A DNA stretch of 63,246 bases, counting the filler, from Choristocarpus tenellus KU-1152 (Eukaryota; Protista; Phaeophyceae), in the NCBI GenBank assembly GCA_964200185.2. It is 11 parts of 11 records of this genome, joined end to end, with 100 filler letters (N's around TTAATTAATTAA, not from the genome) between each part and the next. Parts side by side here need not be neighbours in the genome. Positions count along the whole stretch, not along the records: positions 24,078 to 31,124 come from CAXNAD020006790.1; positions 31,225 to 37,480 come from CAXNAD020008554.1; positions 37,581 to 40,502 come from CAXNAD020023638.1; 8 more parts are not named here. The stretch is one strand, 5' to 3'. This document shows, in pieces, positions 25,051 to 37,899 of this stretch (its first letter is position 1; the number at the start of each line of letters is the position of its first letter). A program made the translations under genes and the position numbers. A model generated the notes under the pieces. It did not search any database. It was not told the origin of the DNA and saw only the letters and a program-made list of their open reading frames with translations.

Positions 25051-25752
25051 GTGTCAGTTGGTGATTTGGTGGTCAGGGTTAGGGTAACGTGTGCGATGGA
25101 AGGAAGGATCTGGTTGGAGGACATAGAATACACTGCATATAATACCGTAAAATAGAATGGACTGGTCATAACGATAGTTTTCTAATCTGAACAACTGTTT
25201 CTTAGGTCAATCCTATTTTTTCCCTCATATTGATCGTAGTACCTGTTGGGAGAGAAGATGATCTGAGGGGGTATGTGGTGGATATTTTGCTCATTGCCCT
25301 GAAGTACACAAATATTTCTTCTAATGTTTTTAATTTAGAACAAGCAATTGTGAAAAATACTAAAGTCATTTGGTGGGTGAGAAGCTTCTACAAGTGACGT
25401 TAATATCAAAAACAATTTTTCTCCTTCCTTACTGTAATACATACACCCATCACGCCAAACACTCCTCCCACCTCGATTTTTTGTGTGTAAAATAAAAATC
25501 CTTCACCACAGTACTTAATACTCCACCCAGAGCATGAACATATATTAAGCACTTATTCATAGCCGTTTGGATACCTTTTTGGGATAGGGTTAGGGCTAGT
25601 GATGGTGAACACGAAAATTAAAAAATGTTACATCCGTGTCCATCAAGCAAATGTAACACTCTAAATTTGCCTATTAATGAAAGCAGAATCTAGAGCGTGG
25701 CATAAATAGACCTACCTGTAGGAGGAAATGACCTGGCTAAAAATGGTCTTCA

Positions 25753-26016
25753 GAGTGAAGGTATCTTAGGGTTAGGGTACGAGGTTTGCCCTGTTTGTCC
25801 GTTTGTGACTTGACTTCCCACAGGTTTTTTGTGACAAATTCTCCTATACCGAAATGTTGTAGAGTAGGTTAAATGTATACCTTATACTAAGTAGTGTCTA
25901 GAACAAGGATTTTGACGCTTCCTAACAAACACAATACCCACAATTACATCAATATCGGAACATTGGATTTTGGCCCTCAAACAGACACGGTTCTACCCTC
26001 TAAGATACTTTGACTC
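25753..26016. mobile_element. 264-bp non-autonomous DNA transposon (MITE), Sola2-like
   Basis: TIRs GAGTGAAGGTATCTTAG.../...CTAAGATACTTTGACTC and a 4-bp TSD TTCA (25749-25752 and 26017-26020). Related partial copies at 37581-37639 (-) and ~57548-57735 (+). Confidence 0.82.
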
Positions 26017-27432
26017 TTCACTTTATAGACCAAACGGTCCATTCTTAGGTTGTAGCTGAAAGGGTTAGTACTATTGAGGTATCCGAAAGCTGGGTTTCAA
26101 TACTGAGGCGCTTGTTCCTACCAGGAGGATAGGGATTGATTTAACAGACACTTGAATTATTTTCTATTGGGGGTCTCTTAGTAGAGACATGTATGAGTGC
26201 ATGTTGCGGTGAGTCATATGACACAAATCTGGCTCAACATACATGATTCATGTTGCGGTATGGTATTAATGTTCATTCTACAGACCAAACAAAATTTACA
26301 GTCAGTTGAAATGTTCTGCTTGTTTAACACTTGAAACATATTGTATGCAGAATGCGCACCTTACAAAAAAACACCTATGTACCCCATAATACGATTTGCA
26401 TCCTGAACCCAAATATATCACTGTCCATTATTGACCAATTTATCAAATCATCACACGATGTTTTTCCATTCAGTCCTATTCCTTTTTCTGATCATTGTTC
26501 GACCAATCAAGTTGTTCATTTCAAAATAAATAGATGAACCAATCAGAAGATCCTCTCCATTTGTCTCCCTTACTCATCACTCCTGCCTGTTGCACCACTT
26601 CACGGCAAGTAGTGCTGTTGATGCAAGCTTCAAAATGACAATATAACCTCTTATTTCTACAATCACCAATCATCTTTTTACTGGGGGCAATTGATCCAGA
26701 GATTCAAGGAAAAAAACTTTTCTTTTGAAGTGATATTGTCTCGAAAGTGTTTGAATATTCCTAGTGTCGATCGTAATAAAAATCGGACGCGAAGCGCTGA
26801 CCACAAGAAAGTTCTCATGAAAAAACCACACCTTCATTTTCTGATTTGATTCATTGAACCATTGTGATGCAATCGCTACGATACTATTCAACACCAAAGG
26901 AGTTCTGTTTCAACAAAACCGAACTCATATATAAACAGGAGGGGGGAAAAGCTCTTCGACTTGACGGCCTGTCCATCATAGACCTCATCTACTCAACAAA
27001 CCAGCCCTGCACGTGCCACACTCATCATTTTGCTTTCAACAAACCTTTTTTAAAATCCACACTACTGCTCCTATTTCAAAATGCAATTTTGTATCCATTT
27101 ACAGTTGCCACAACCTTCTAGATAAGTAATCGAAACTAAATTGAATATAAGCTTCTTCTGCAAGCGACTATGGTAACTGAGGAGGAATAGAGAAATCGCC
27201 TAGTTCCTTGTGGGGACTCCCATCCCTGTTCCTCTACCCCACAACTCACAACTGCTATTACACGGAAATCAGCCATCCAGTTGGGCATGATACTCTTGCA
27301 ATCGCATAGGAAAGGACTGGGTACATAGTGCAATTTACGCATCAGTATTATTTCTACAACCAATTGATAAACAGCATGCAGGTCAATTACTGCATGTCCT
27401 GGCCAGGTGGGCACCCGCGATTTGATCCCATA

Positions 27433-27496
<64 letters not shown>
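27433..27496 (+). repeat. (GT)n microsatellite
   Basis: About 32 GT units with one interruption. Confidence 0.95.
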
Positions 27497-27498
<2 letters not shown>

Positions 27499-27720
27499 TT
27501 CATACTTTTATTTCTATGTGGCCACCATGGACACGAATCACATTTGTGTCCTTCAAAGATGATGATTGAAGCCTAACTCACATACAAAAAAAAGGTAAGA
27601 TAGATAGTACTACCACCCACCATCCAAGACACACAGCAAGGTGTACTGTACAGTCTAATACACAAGTGGTAATGGACCCGACGGCACAGAAGACGTGGAG
27701 TGGGGTACACCGCTGCCACA

Positions 27721-30313
27721 TCACTTTTTCTTCATCTCAGTTTCCTTTGTAACTTCAGGGTTTCCATAAGGGATCTTAAGGGTTCGAGGTCTTGAGACTG
27801 GATGCACCTCGGCGAGCCTTCCATGAGTCTTCATGAGTCCAATCACTTCCGCCAGGCCCACCTGCGTTGGCAGAAGGACAAGTTCAACACAGAGGTAAAC
27901 ATTGGGAAAATGGAGCAAGGGTGAACAATCTTTTCCTCTAGAAGAACAGGGTATGGAAGCAAGTCTTTGCCCTACTTTTCTCGTACTACTGCAGCAACAT
28001 GATACACCTCATGCATACACTCCATACACAATGTGATGTTAATCGAAACGTTACACTAGGTATATAGTTACTCAGGACTCTACTAGAGAGCTCCATGTAT
28101 CAAAACAACCTAGACAGCACCCGACCATCGGTGGCATAATATGAACCTACTTGTTGAGGATGGTACTTTGCTACAGATTCAAAAATCTGTGCTAATAATT
28201 GAAAATACTCACGAAGACTTGGAAGTCTTCTTTGAATCCTCAAACCTACTCCCAACATTACCCTGCTGTAGGGACACGGAGTGCATGTAACAGAACAAAT
28301 CATGAGCAAATCAAACACACCAGGATGACCAGCCAACCTCGCCACATACACCAACAAGCTATTCTATCATCTTCACTACTTCACACAAGAGAGAGGGAGA
28401 GAGGGAGAGAGGGACATAGCCCAGAATACACTGTGGCCTTGGTAAGTAACCACAAACGGATGGATCCATGTTAACTCAATCAGCAGAAAAAAGGTGACTC
28501 TTCAAACTAAATTTGAATTTTCTCCTGGATTAAGGTTACTGTTATCACCTCTTGATCTTCATCAGCACGTTTGATATTCTCCAGGGCGACACTAATGTGA
28601 GAGCACAATGCTGAGAGGTCCTTTTCGTCTTCTTTAGTGAAACTGTACGCCGCACCATGGAAGGCGTGTCGATTACCAACAGTCCCAAAGGGAAGCAAGC
28701 AGGTGGGCGTGAGAAAACGAAAAACAGCAGTGGAAAGGAGAAGAGACAATTGGTAACAAAATATTGGGCGAGGATGGAGGATATTGCACCAAGGGACAAA
28801 ATCAATAGCATTTTTTTTATGTTTCATTTTGCCCCCATTCAAGTTCCCCCTAAACTTTAGCAAAGTAGGCAAAAGGCAAAAGGAGAGATGAGACGAACTG
28901 CGCAGGCTGAAGCGCTTTGTGCAGATCATAAAATCGTCGGAAATTCAGAGGCATATCTCCAGTAGACCTCCCACGTCAGTCAGTGAAATAATTCTGTTCT
29001 AAATCTCTGCCGACTTGTTCAATTCAAGAAGAACGAAAACGGTTTCTGTTCTGAATTTTCAATTAACTGTTTCCAGTTTTTTTTATTAATACTACACACC
29101 TCCAGAATCCTTCTCTGCAATAATTCTGACTTCACTTGATACACCTGCAATTGAAACAAGCCGGTAAAAGCCCTAAAGCTTCCATTGTCCTTACTGGTAA
29201 TGTAAAGTAATTTGTTCTTACAGCAAGGCAGACTCTCCTTTGAACTCCCTAAGATCAACGTGGTGGAGTTGCTCTATATCCACAATCAAACAGACTCTCC
29301 CATCCTACAAGAGCCTGAACAGAGAATGGCATGGGGTGGAAATACAAGAGCAGGCCTTGCTCAGCTGACAAGCAACAAGCAACAAGCAACAAGCAGGACC
29401 TGTAACAATTTCCAAAAGTACTTGACATTCACAAACTTAGCTATTTGTAATATCTCTGTCTACTACAAATGAAACATTCAATCAAGTGAGGGTATAGACA
29501 AAAGCTTGTTCGGTTCCTCCAAGTTTACAATCAAAATTTAAGAAAGGCATTCCTGATATGGAAAGTCAACAGCACATACACGACACTCCCCACCCGTTTG
29601 CCTATCAACGCCTCCCAATCCAAGTAGAAACAATATTGTCATGCCCCAACCTGTGCTCTGACAAAACACCCAATCAATAGGCCTTGTGCATACGCGTTTA
29701 AGCAAACGTTCAACAAAACACACACCAAAAACCCTGCCCAATCTTTGTTTGAAGTTTGAAATATATATATATATATATCATAGATACACAATGATGAGAA
29801 GATTCAGCTATTGAACAACTAGTCAGTTATGGCAACCACTATATATCGACATACAGGTATTTCCTCCCTCATGTCAGATAAACTCAGATCATGAATCAGC
29901 CGATGTTAAGGCCCTAGAAAGATACCACATCATACGGACAATTCCAGCAATCACAGACTTGGTTCTCATGTACCACAACAGGCGACCATAGCAACACCTT
30001 TGGCAGACAACGAGTTGGGGTCGATCTGGTCATGGGGTCGATCTGGTCAATACACAACCTCCTCCCTACAAACTCCATGCCTCAAATACCCATAGATCTT
30101 CACTCCTTAAGCTCCTCACCCAGTTTCAAGAGACTCCACACCATTCCTCTTGTCCAGTACTTGAACCACCCCAGCCACCATCCCGTCTGCCCCAAACACA
30201 GGCATTACCAGCATCGATGGAGACCCCCCATCCCCTGAACAGGTATTGACTGCTGTCCCATTACGTGCCGATTCTGACACTGGACCAGTGTCTCCCAAGC
30301 AGACCTTCAAGTC
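27721..30313 (-). CDS. GAF-domain-containing protein, 3' exons
   Basis: Phase-consistent exons 30313-30120, 28642-28549, 27861-27721 (TGA). The spliced product SMLVMPVFGADGMVAGVVQVLDKRNGVESLETG/FTKEDEKDLSALCSHISVALEN matches the C-terminal half of a PDE-type GAF domain. Confidence 0.72.
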
Positions 30314-31960
30314 CTGTGAGTCGGGTCAGCCATGTGGGGTTTGAGTTCACAGGGAAATAAGGGAGTTACCTCAACAAGGAATGAAGAGTGGGGGAGGAGA
30401 AGGGGCAGGTACTGTGGAGGCAGTTTGCTTGCCTGTGCCAGAGTTTGGTCTGGTCTTGCTTTTGTGACATTTGGCAATGTGATGACATTCCCTTTTTTTA
30501 TAGTGTGTGTGTGTGTGTGTGTGTGTTATAAGCAAGAACAATATGTCGTACTCATTCAATAGTAAGAAAAATATCAATGATATGAAATCAATGTGCAGTC
30601 CTGCACTAAATTGTCAAAAAAAAACAGGTCCGTGCAGCATATCAAAAAAGAAAATATCATTCCGCTTTTAATAGTGCTTTGAGAGAGATTGTCAGCTTTG
30701 AATGGGTTTGAAACAACATCATGGTAACCCAAACAAAAAATGATCATCCTCATCAAACACCCTAAAGGTTGACACACCTAGTCACAACCCAGAAAGAGAC
30801 AAACCAAGTAAATCAGCAATCATCACAAAACCAGGAAGGGATTGATCGGGTGCTGAGTACTACTGATCTTTCCTCTCATCCTCCAATAGTGCGCAGAAAA
30901 TATCGCTTCAGGCCAAAGCACAGCTGGTCAACCAGTCTCGGGTGTTGCCAATACATTGCAGTTCTCACTGTGCACTAGCAATTGAGCATCGTGAGAATTC
31001 ACCACAAACAGATCTCAAGACAAGAGGGTTGGAAAACAGAAATAACTGTACAATCCTCCAAGCTCTACCTTGAAAAAGCCTCCAAAGGAAAGGAACACTG
31101 GCTCAAAGTATCTGGGAGGGGGGGNNNNNNNNNNNNNNNNNNNNNNNNNNNNNNNNNNNNNNNNNNNNTTAATTAATTAANNNNNNNNNNNNNNNNNNNN
31201 NNNNNNNNNNNNNNNNNNNNNNNNCCCACCCTTCCCCACTCTATCCACCTTGAATCTTCCCCTTTGATTATTTTCCAGCCCCTCAATGTGTGCTGAATAT
31301 TGTTTCGCATTTTTTTTTCAAATTGTAGTAAATTTTGCCAATGATGAACCTCATCTACAGGAACCTAAAGTCAACTACTGTAGTATATGCCCTTGGGCAG
31401 AGAGAGCAGTGCGTGATGGCAATTTTGCTTTTGTAGGGGATCATCTTTGGTGGAGAAGATTGGTTGGCAGGAGGAGGCAGAGAGGATCCTTTAGCAGCTA
31501 CTGCTGTTTTGCTGCCTTACTCTGCAGTTGGTTGTAGTACTAGTACTGGCTGGGTGTTTGTGTCATCTGTCTATCATACATTCCAGAGTGATGTGAGGTG
31601 TAGATTTTTCATGAGAATTGTTTTTCAGAGCCTTCATGGTATATAGATGGGAGGTAATGTTTTTTCCCTTTTGGTGGCAAGAAGGTCTATTCTTTGTTGA
31701 AAGGCAGAAGATATGTGGGGTGGGTGGGTGGAAAGTGGAAGAGAGTGCAGTCGTGTTGGATTCATGTAGGACCTGTTGAGATGGTGGGAAATGGATCAAC
31801 TTTTGGTGGGAGATTCAATAGCTCCTCTCACCTTCTCTCCTGTTAAGGATGGCAATTTGACACGTCACCTTGATGTTGCTTTCAAGTTTAGATTTACCCT
31901 TCTCATTATCACTGTTTTTTTTCAAAATTCTGATTTTTTAATTTTATTTCAATGATGCGG

Positions 31961-34900
31961 TGAACCTCATCTTTTTAAAGTTTATGAGTTGGCCATTGTA
32001 GTTAAGATCCCATCAACGGAGGTGCAACTCACAAACGTCTTCAGGGTGGTTGCACGATTAGGTCGTACTTGGATTTGTTTTTCGTATCGTTCTTGCCTTT
32101 GTTGACACTCTCTGGTTTTTGTTCCAATGTAGCAGTTATGATAACAGTTATGATAACAGTTACGATAACAGTTATGATAATAGCTAGACAGGTACAGCTA
32201 CGGCGAAAATACAATTTTTAAAGAAGGAAACTACTAGGTAGACATTTGAACATAGTTATTTTTTATTTTTTGTTGAAATCGGATTAATATTGATTAATGC
32301 ATGCGGTGAAAGGTGGGGGTAATGTGTAACTGACTGTATGAGTGAAGTTGATGGAATGCAGTGAGCATAGCGCCATCGAGCTGATGGTTGACGTTTGAGG
32401 GCGTAGGATCAGCTATGCGATCGACCTGAATGAGGGTCGAGGTGTATTTGGGGTCAGCTTCTAGGTATCCTTTTTCGCCATTCTCGGGTAAGGGGAAGGA
32501 GGAGTAAATGTGCTAGGATATCAAGAACTGTTGACTAGTGTTTGTGATTTGATAATGGGTCAATGAGCATTACGTGATGATTTTAATCACCACTGCGATA
32601 AGTGGGAACACGCAAGCACACGTGCGTGTTCAAAATCAACACGGCAGACATGATCAATACGGGATGCGTTGAGACTTCTCCTTCCTCGTGATTTGATAAC
32701 ATTGGAAGTAACTGCTCACATGATGAGAGAACATTCCAAGTGGGACACTGGGATGGATGGTGTTGGAGGCTCAACTCTCAATACGATATGAGGTGACTGT
32801 ATGGTCGTTACGGAATGTCGGAGGTTCATACCCCCCCTGAGAGAAAATTAAAAAAATGTTATTTACCTATATTCTTCGTTGTTTAGCCAGTGGTGGAACT
32901 GAACATTTGTGTTTGCCGATTTAATGTTATTTCATGATGACCACACCAATGCGTGCTTTTAGTGAAAAAGAGACACACGGTGCAATGAACAGCCTCCTCT
33001 AGGATACGTGACCACTATTGTGTGTGCCTATTGATTTGATCATCTCTATCGATTTGATCATCTCTATTGATTTGATCATCTCTATTGATTTGATCATCTC
33101 AATTGATTTGATCATCTCAATTGATTTGATCATCTCAATTGATTTGATCATCTCTATTGATTTGATCATCTCAATTGATTTGATCATCTCTATTGATTTG
33201 ATCATCTCTTCACCACCTCGTGTGTCGGCTCATGCGAAAAGAGTAGAGTTGAGAGGTGAAAAACAAAAGGTATTACGGACTTTTCTGTAGGGTCAACAAC
33301 ATGTATGTTATGGTCTACTTGCTAAGGATTGATAAGACTTGGTAAACACAAGTTGTTGAGTCAAGGCTGGTCGTGAACGGGTTGACTGTGATATGTTATC
33401 AGTTATCTCATCTCTTTATAATTTGATAGACTGTACCCATCGATGACAATATCACATGTAAATGATCGTCTAATGAGATGTTCGACCTATGTAAAGGATT
33501 GTGTCATAGCACACACTCTTCTTTAACACAGAATTTCCTTGAGGACGATATGATTTGATTTTGTTTTTCTTGTAACTAAAGGCAGAGACTGCAAACTCTG
33601 CAACGATACTGTTTTCAAACTTGGTACCTCGGAGCGAAACAACTCAGAGGGCCGAACATTGAAAGTGCGTGTTCTGCAAGCATAGGAGCAATTGTTATGA
33701 ACTCTTTGTTTGGAACAGGGCACAGCACAACAATGGCAGACAATGTATACAAACACATACATCATTTGCTGCTAGGGAATGTATTTGTACTCAACCAAAT
33801 AAATAGCAACATGCTTAAATGGTCGGTCAAATGGGTGCATGTGGCCAGCTGGAAACACTTAACGAGCATTCTTACGTGTTTGGCATGGCTGACAGTCATG
33901 ACATCATGTCTGATATTCCATGTTGAATGTGGGCCGCTGATAAGAGTCTTGAACCTTATCAAACGTTTGTTAGAACCTAAGTGGCCAACAACCAATGCAT
34001 GATTATGACAAAGGTGGAGGACAATACAAATGAATAAGTCAAAAACGACCAGCGGGTCTCTAAAGGTGCCTCTCTTACGAAGATTGCCTGGTAAATATGA
34101 AGTATACAGGAAGCCGTTACGAAGGGGAAGTATGACATGGATGTAGTCGTTTCCTTATCAGGTGATTGGGTGATATTGAGAGACTGCAGATACCCGAAAA
34201 ATGGTCCAAACTTGAACTCCTACTCCTTGCACAATTGCTCTTGGTCCACCAGAGGAAACACTGTGGTGGAACTAGTAAACGGTTCTCGATCACGGGCATT
34301 GCATGGTCAAGGTTAGAAGCATATAGCTCTTATTCCTTATTACCGCATGTAGCGTAGGAACTATCACCACTGGGAATATTGCGACAGATGGGAGCCATCA
34401 TTGGAGCAACCGATTTCTCTTGTTCCTCAAACTTGAAAATACGAGATGGAGTGTCAGGTATAACATTTAGCTTACATCTATTGTGTTCGATGGTGAAATT
34501 ATAAGCTTGCTGTGTGATAGCCCAAGGAATAAGCATGTTACTGATGTCCTACGCTCTTGTACAAGGAGCACACAATCATGCTTGATCTGTGATGCAGGTA
34601 ATATATGTACTCCAGAGATATGGTTACCGCTGAGTGATAGCAGTAACGACTGTGTAATGCTCTCTCAATGTAGCTGAATAGTGGCATTGAGCTTCGTTAA
34701 ACTTCTTGTTGAAACAAGCAATGATTCCTAGTTCATTAGGATTATTGGCTCAGGGTTGTGCTACTTCACACAGAAAATAACCTCCAACAGCACTCTCACT
34801 GGGATCCACGTAAACGACAAACTTGTTGGTAAAGTATGTAAAGAAATATAAGGCATTTGTGGCTACGGTGAGTACTTGTTTCACTTTGAAAAATGCTACA

Positions 34901-37300
34901 TCCTGGAACATTCCCCATTCTTTTAACAATGTTCTTACTAGCACCTTTCTTGGTAAGGCGAACTAATGGTTCAATGGTGTGCCTGGGTTGGGTATAAAAA
35001 AAATACGCACAAAATAACCATACCCATGACAAATCGAAGTTCCTTGATAATGGTGAGTTTATGTTAGCTAGTGATGGCTCGGTTCCATTCTTGACCGATA
35101 CGAATCCCTTCAGATGACAAGACATGATCCAAATAACTAACTTCCTTAGGTCCAATTTGAATATTTGGCGGTATCAGGTTTAAATCTACTGCTTGTAAAT
35201 GAGCAAACCACTAAGTAGGTCAAAGTTGACAAAGGGTAACCACGCTCTTCTCTGAAATTGCCAGTAAAAAATTGATATCCCAATTGGCATCCTCTTAAAA
35301 AACATACTTGTGTCTGGAAATGACAAAAGCAATCTTATCAACACTAGCTTTTAGCAACTGGAATCTGTGAGTGTGTACTCTGAATATTGCACATGGTGAT
35401 ACATTTGGCACCAACCACCGTATCAGTATGTTACTCTGTATCAGGTATAGGCAAAGTTTGTCTAACAAGATGTTAATAGTTGAGCAGTAGTCTCTACCGA
35501 AATGGGGAGAGTCATCAGATTTGGCTACAATGGAAACAGGTCTACCCCAAGGGCTGGCACCTTCTTTTAATTATGCCTTGCTCTTCCACAGTGTTGACAC
35601 ATGGGTCAATCACTTGTTGGGTCTGGTTGTTTGCTCTGTATGGGTTCCTATCAACAGGCTTGGTACCAGATTCTATTGGAATTTCTGCTTAAGCTAAAGA
35701 GTATATCTGCCCAGTTCTGCTGCATCAATCTAAAGCACCGATCTGTATTTTGCACACAGGTCTAAGAGTTGAGAGACTTGTGACATATTGAATTTCATAT
35801 CTTTGGAAGCACCTATCTTACTGAAAGCTAGATGTAGCTCCTCTCTAGCTTGATTGAATGAGGCAGAATCAGTATTCAGAGCACTAACGGTTTTTGGTGT
35901 CTGAGCAGAAATTGGGGTCAAGCGACCAATACAAGGTGTTTCCTGATATGAATCCTATGTGTGATTGAGTTTGCCAGCTGAACCAATACTACTGTAGTAT
36001 TTGGTGGCCAAGTACTGAGAGTGTGAGTAATGAAGATACGATTTTATGGATGCTTGGGTTCATTGTGCTGGTCTACATCAGGCATGAAGTATATAATTGG
36101 CTCCACTACAATGGCAGTATCAATGGACAGACTGTCAGCAGTTGCGTAACGGATAATGATTTATGACCAGATGCTTATTGTAATATTTGTTTATAAGCTG
36201 ACTGGTGCAGGGTCAATATCATGTTGCACACTCACCTTAGAACATGAAAGAGTAGGACTTGTGCCAGGTACTTGCTGTGTGGGTCTGAGCCAAAAGTATT
36301 TTGAGAGGTAGGCAACGTTGCATTTTAAGGATCCTGAGAATGACAAAATGAAGCCATTTTGTGCAATTGCAGAACAACCGTTTGCTGAATTGTGGTATCA
36401 CTTACCGTGTGGAGAAGGGAAGGAGTATCATGGTGCTCATGAAGAAATGAAGTATGGTGAATTGCACAGGGTGGCAAAGATGGCGCAGGATCCAAAAAGG
36501 GCCCGAACGTGCCTACCTTTCAATTACTTTGGCTCTCCATGTTGTGTAATGTCTTAATGTAGTGGTGCATGAGTTGTTGCGGAACAAGAGGTGTTCGTCT
36601 TTCTCATCAAGGATTCCACTGAATGCCTACATGGCACTGTTATCAAGGTGTCATTTCATCGGGAATTAGTTGGGGATTACTGATGCTTCAACAGGCAGTG
36701 TAGTATTTCCTAGTATAGATGAGAAACGAATATGCCCATGAATATACAGTGGCGAACCATTAGCAGCCTGCGAATTTATTGGACTGGGTGGGATAGGATA
36801 CGCATAATAACGTTTGAGTTGAGGGTGATCATGAACAAATACCTCTGAAAACATAATACATCCCTTGCTGTGTCTATGGTTAGGTCCCCTTCCTTCTGTT
36901 CTTTAATGGTGCCAGATATACACAACCCAGTGTCTAAAAAGACCCAAGGTTTTGGTATAGATGGGTATTCATACAAACAACTGTTGAACTGAGTTTGATT
37001 ATTATTGTACGACCTTGACTGAACAAAAGAATAAGAGAAATATTTAAAGACAGATGAACAGGTTACAAATGATGCCTGAGGAGGAAGTGGTGTGAACGGT
37101 GTCAATCTATATCGCTTGCCACTTTTTACGATGGTGTCAAACTAAACCATGGTCATTCCCAAATGGACAGGAGTCAAATCCATCTGAGCACCTCTTGTGA
37201 TGAGGAGCAGTGTGATCATGAACTGACTGTCCATTGTCTTGGCCTTGGCATCTATGACCTCACCCCGTTTATCAGGGTTAGTGAGGCATGACTAGGTTGA
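31961..37300 (-). mobile_element. Heavily decayed Ty3/gypsy LTR retrotransposon with PPT and 3' LTR
   Basis: Minus-strand remnants in gypsy order: protease (WVFLDTG ~36940; LPVEASVIPN), RT/linker (IEPLVRLTKK), RNase H (YVDPSESAVGGY ~34800), integrase Zn finger (VGHLGSNK ~33985). The PPT-like AGGGGGGG(TA) abuts TGAAC at 32828. The distal LTR end at 31961 is uncertain. Confidence 0.75.
33028..33207 (+). repeat. 18-bp tandem repeat x10, C(T/A)ATTGATTTGATCATCT
   Basis: Near-perfect tandem array; it produces the spurious MIKSIE-repeat ORF. Confidence 0.95.
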
Positions 37301-37899
37301 ATTACCTCCATTAGTAGCTGCCTGACAACTGGGGTATTGCCATGAATCACGTTATGGAGTGCTTTATTGCTCATCGACCTGATGATAGAGCGTACGTGGA
37401 GTTTTGCACAACGATGTAGATGGCGGGGCTGTGAGATAGAACGGGCTGAAGAACTAGCTGGCAACTCAAAGTACCTGGGGNNNNNNNNNNNNNNNNNNNN
37501 NNNNNNNNNNNNNNNNNNNNNNNNTTAATTAATTAANNNNNNNNNNNNNNNNNNNNNNNNNNNNNNNNNNNNNNNNNNNNAGCCAAGCCCCAAATCGACA
37601 AAAAGGGCAAAACTCGTACCCTCTAAGATACTTTCACTCTGATTGTGCTGCAGAGCACCGATGTATGTATTCTGTTGTAACTGAGGTCGTCCCTATCCGA
37701 TCTTGACATATCATTTGCTAGTTTATTATTTTCTCCGGCAACATGATCTGCAGCAAAGGACCACTCACCGGCTATCTCCAATACCCCCATCACCCTCATC
37801 AACCCTCCTATCCTCCTATCCTTCGCTCCCCCCCTCCCTCACTCCTACACTCTGTTCCCTCTGACCCCCCCCTTTTGCTATCTTTCTCAACCAACCCCC

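Noticed and set aside
31961-31968. TGAACCTC as the definite distal end of the gypsy LTR (inverse of GAGGTTCA at 32821-32828)
   Set aside because: The same motif and similar context recur at ~31345, so it may belong to another repeat. The boundary is left uncertain.
32999-33290. MIKSIE / IDLIIS repeat proteins
   Set aside because: These are translations of an 18-bp tandem repeat with no splice or coding context. There are no unique spacers, so it is not CRISPR.
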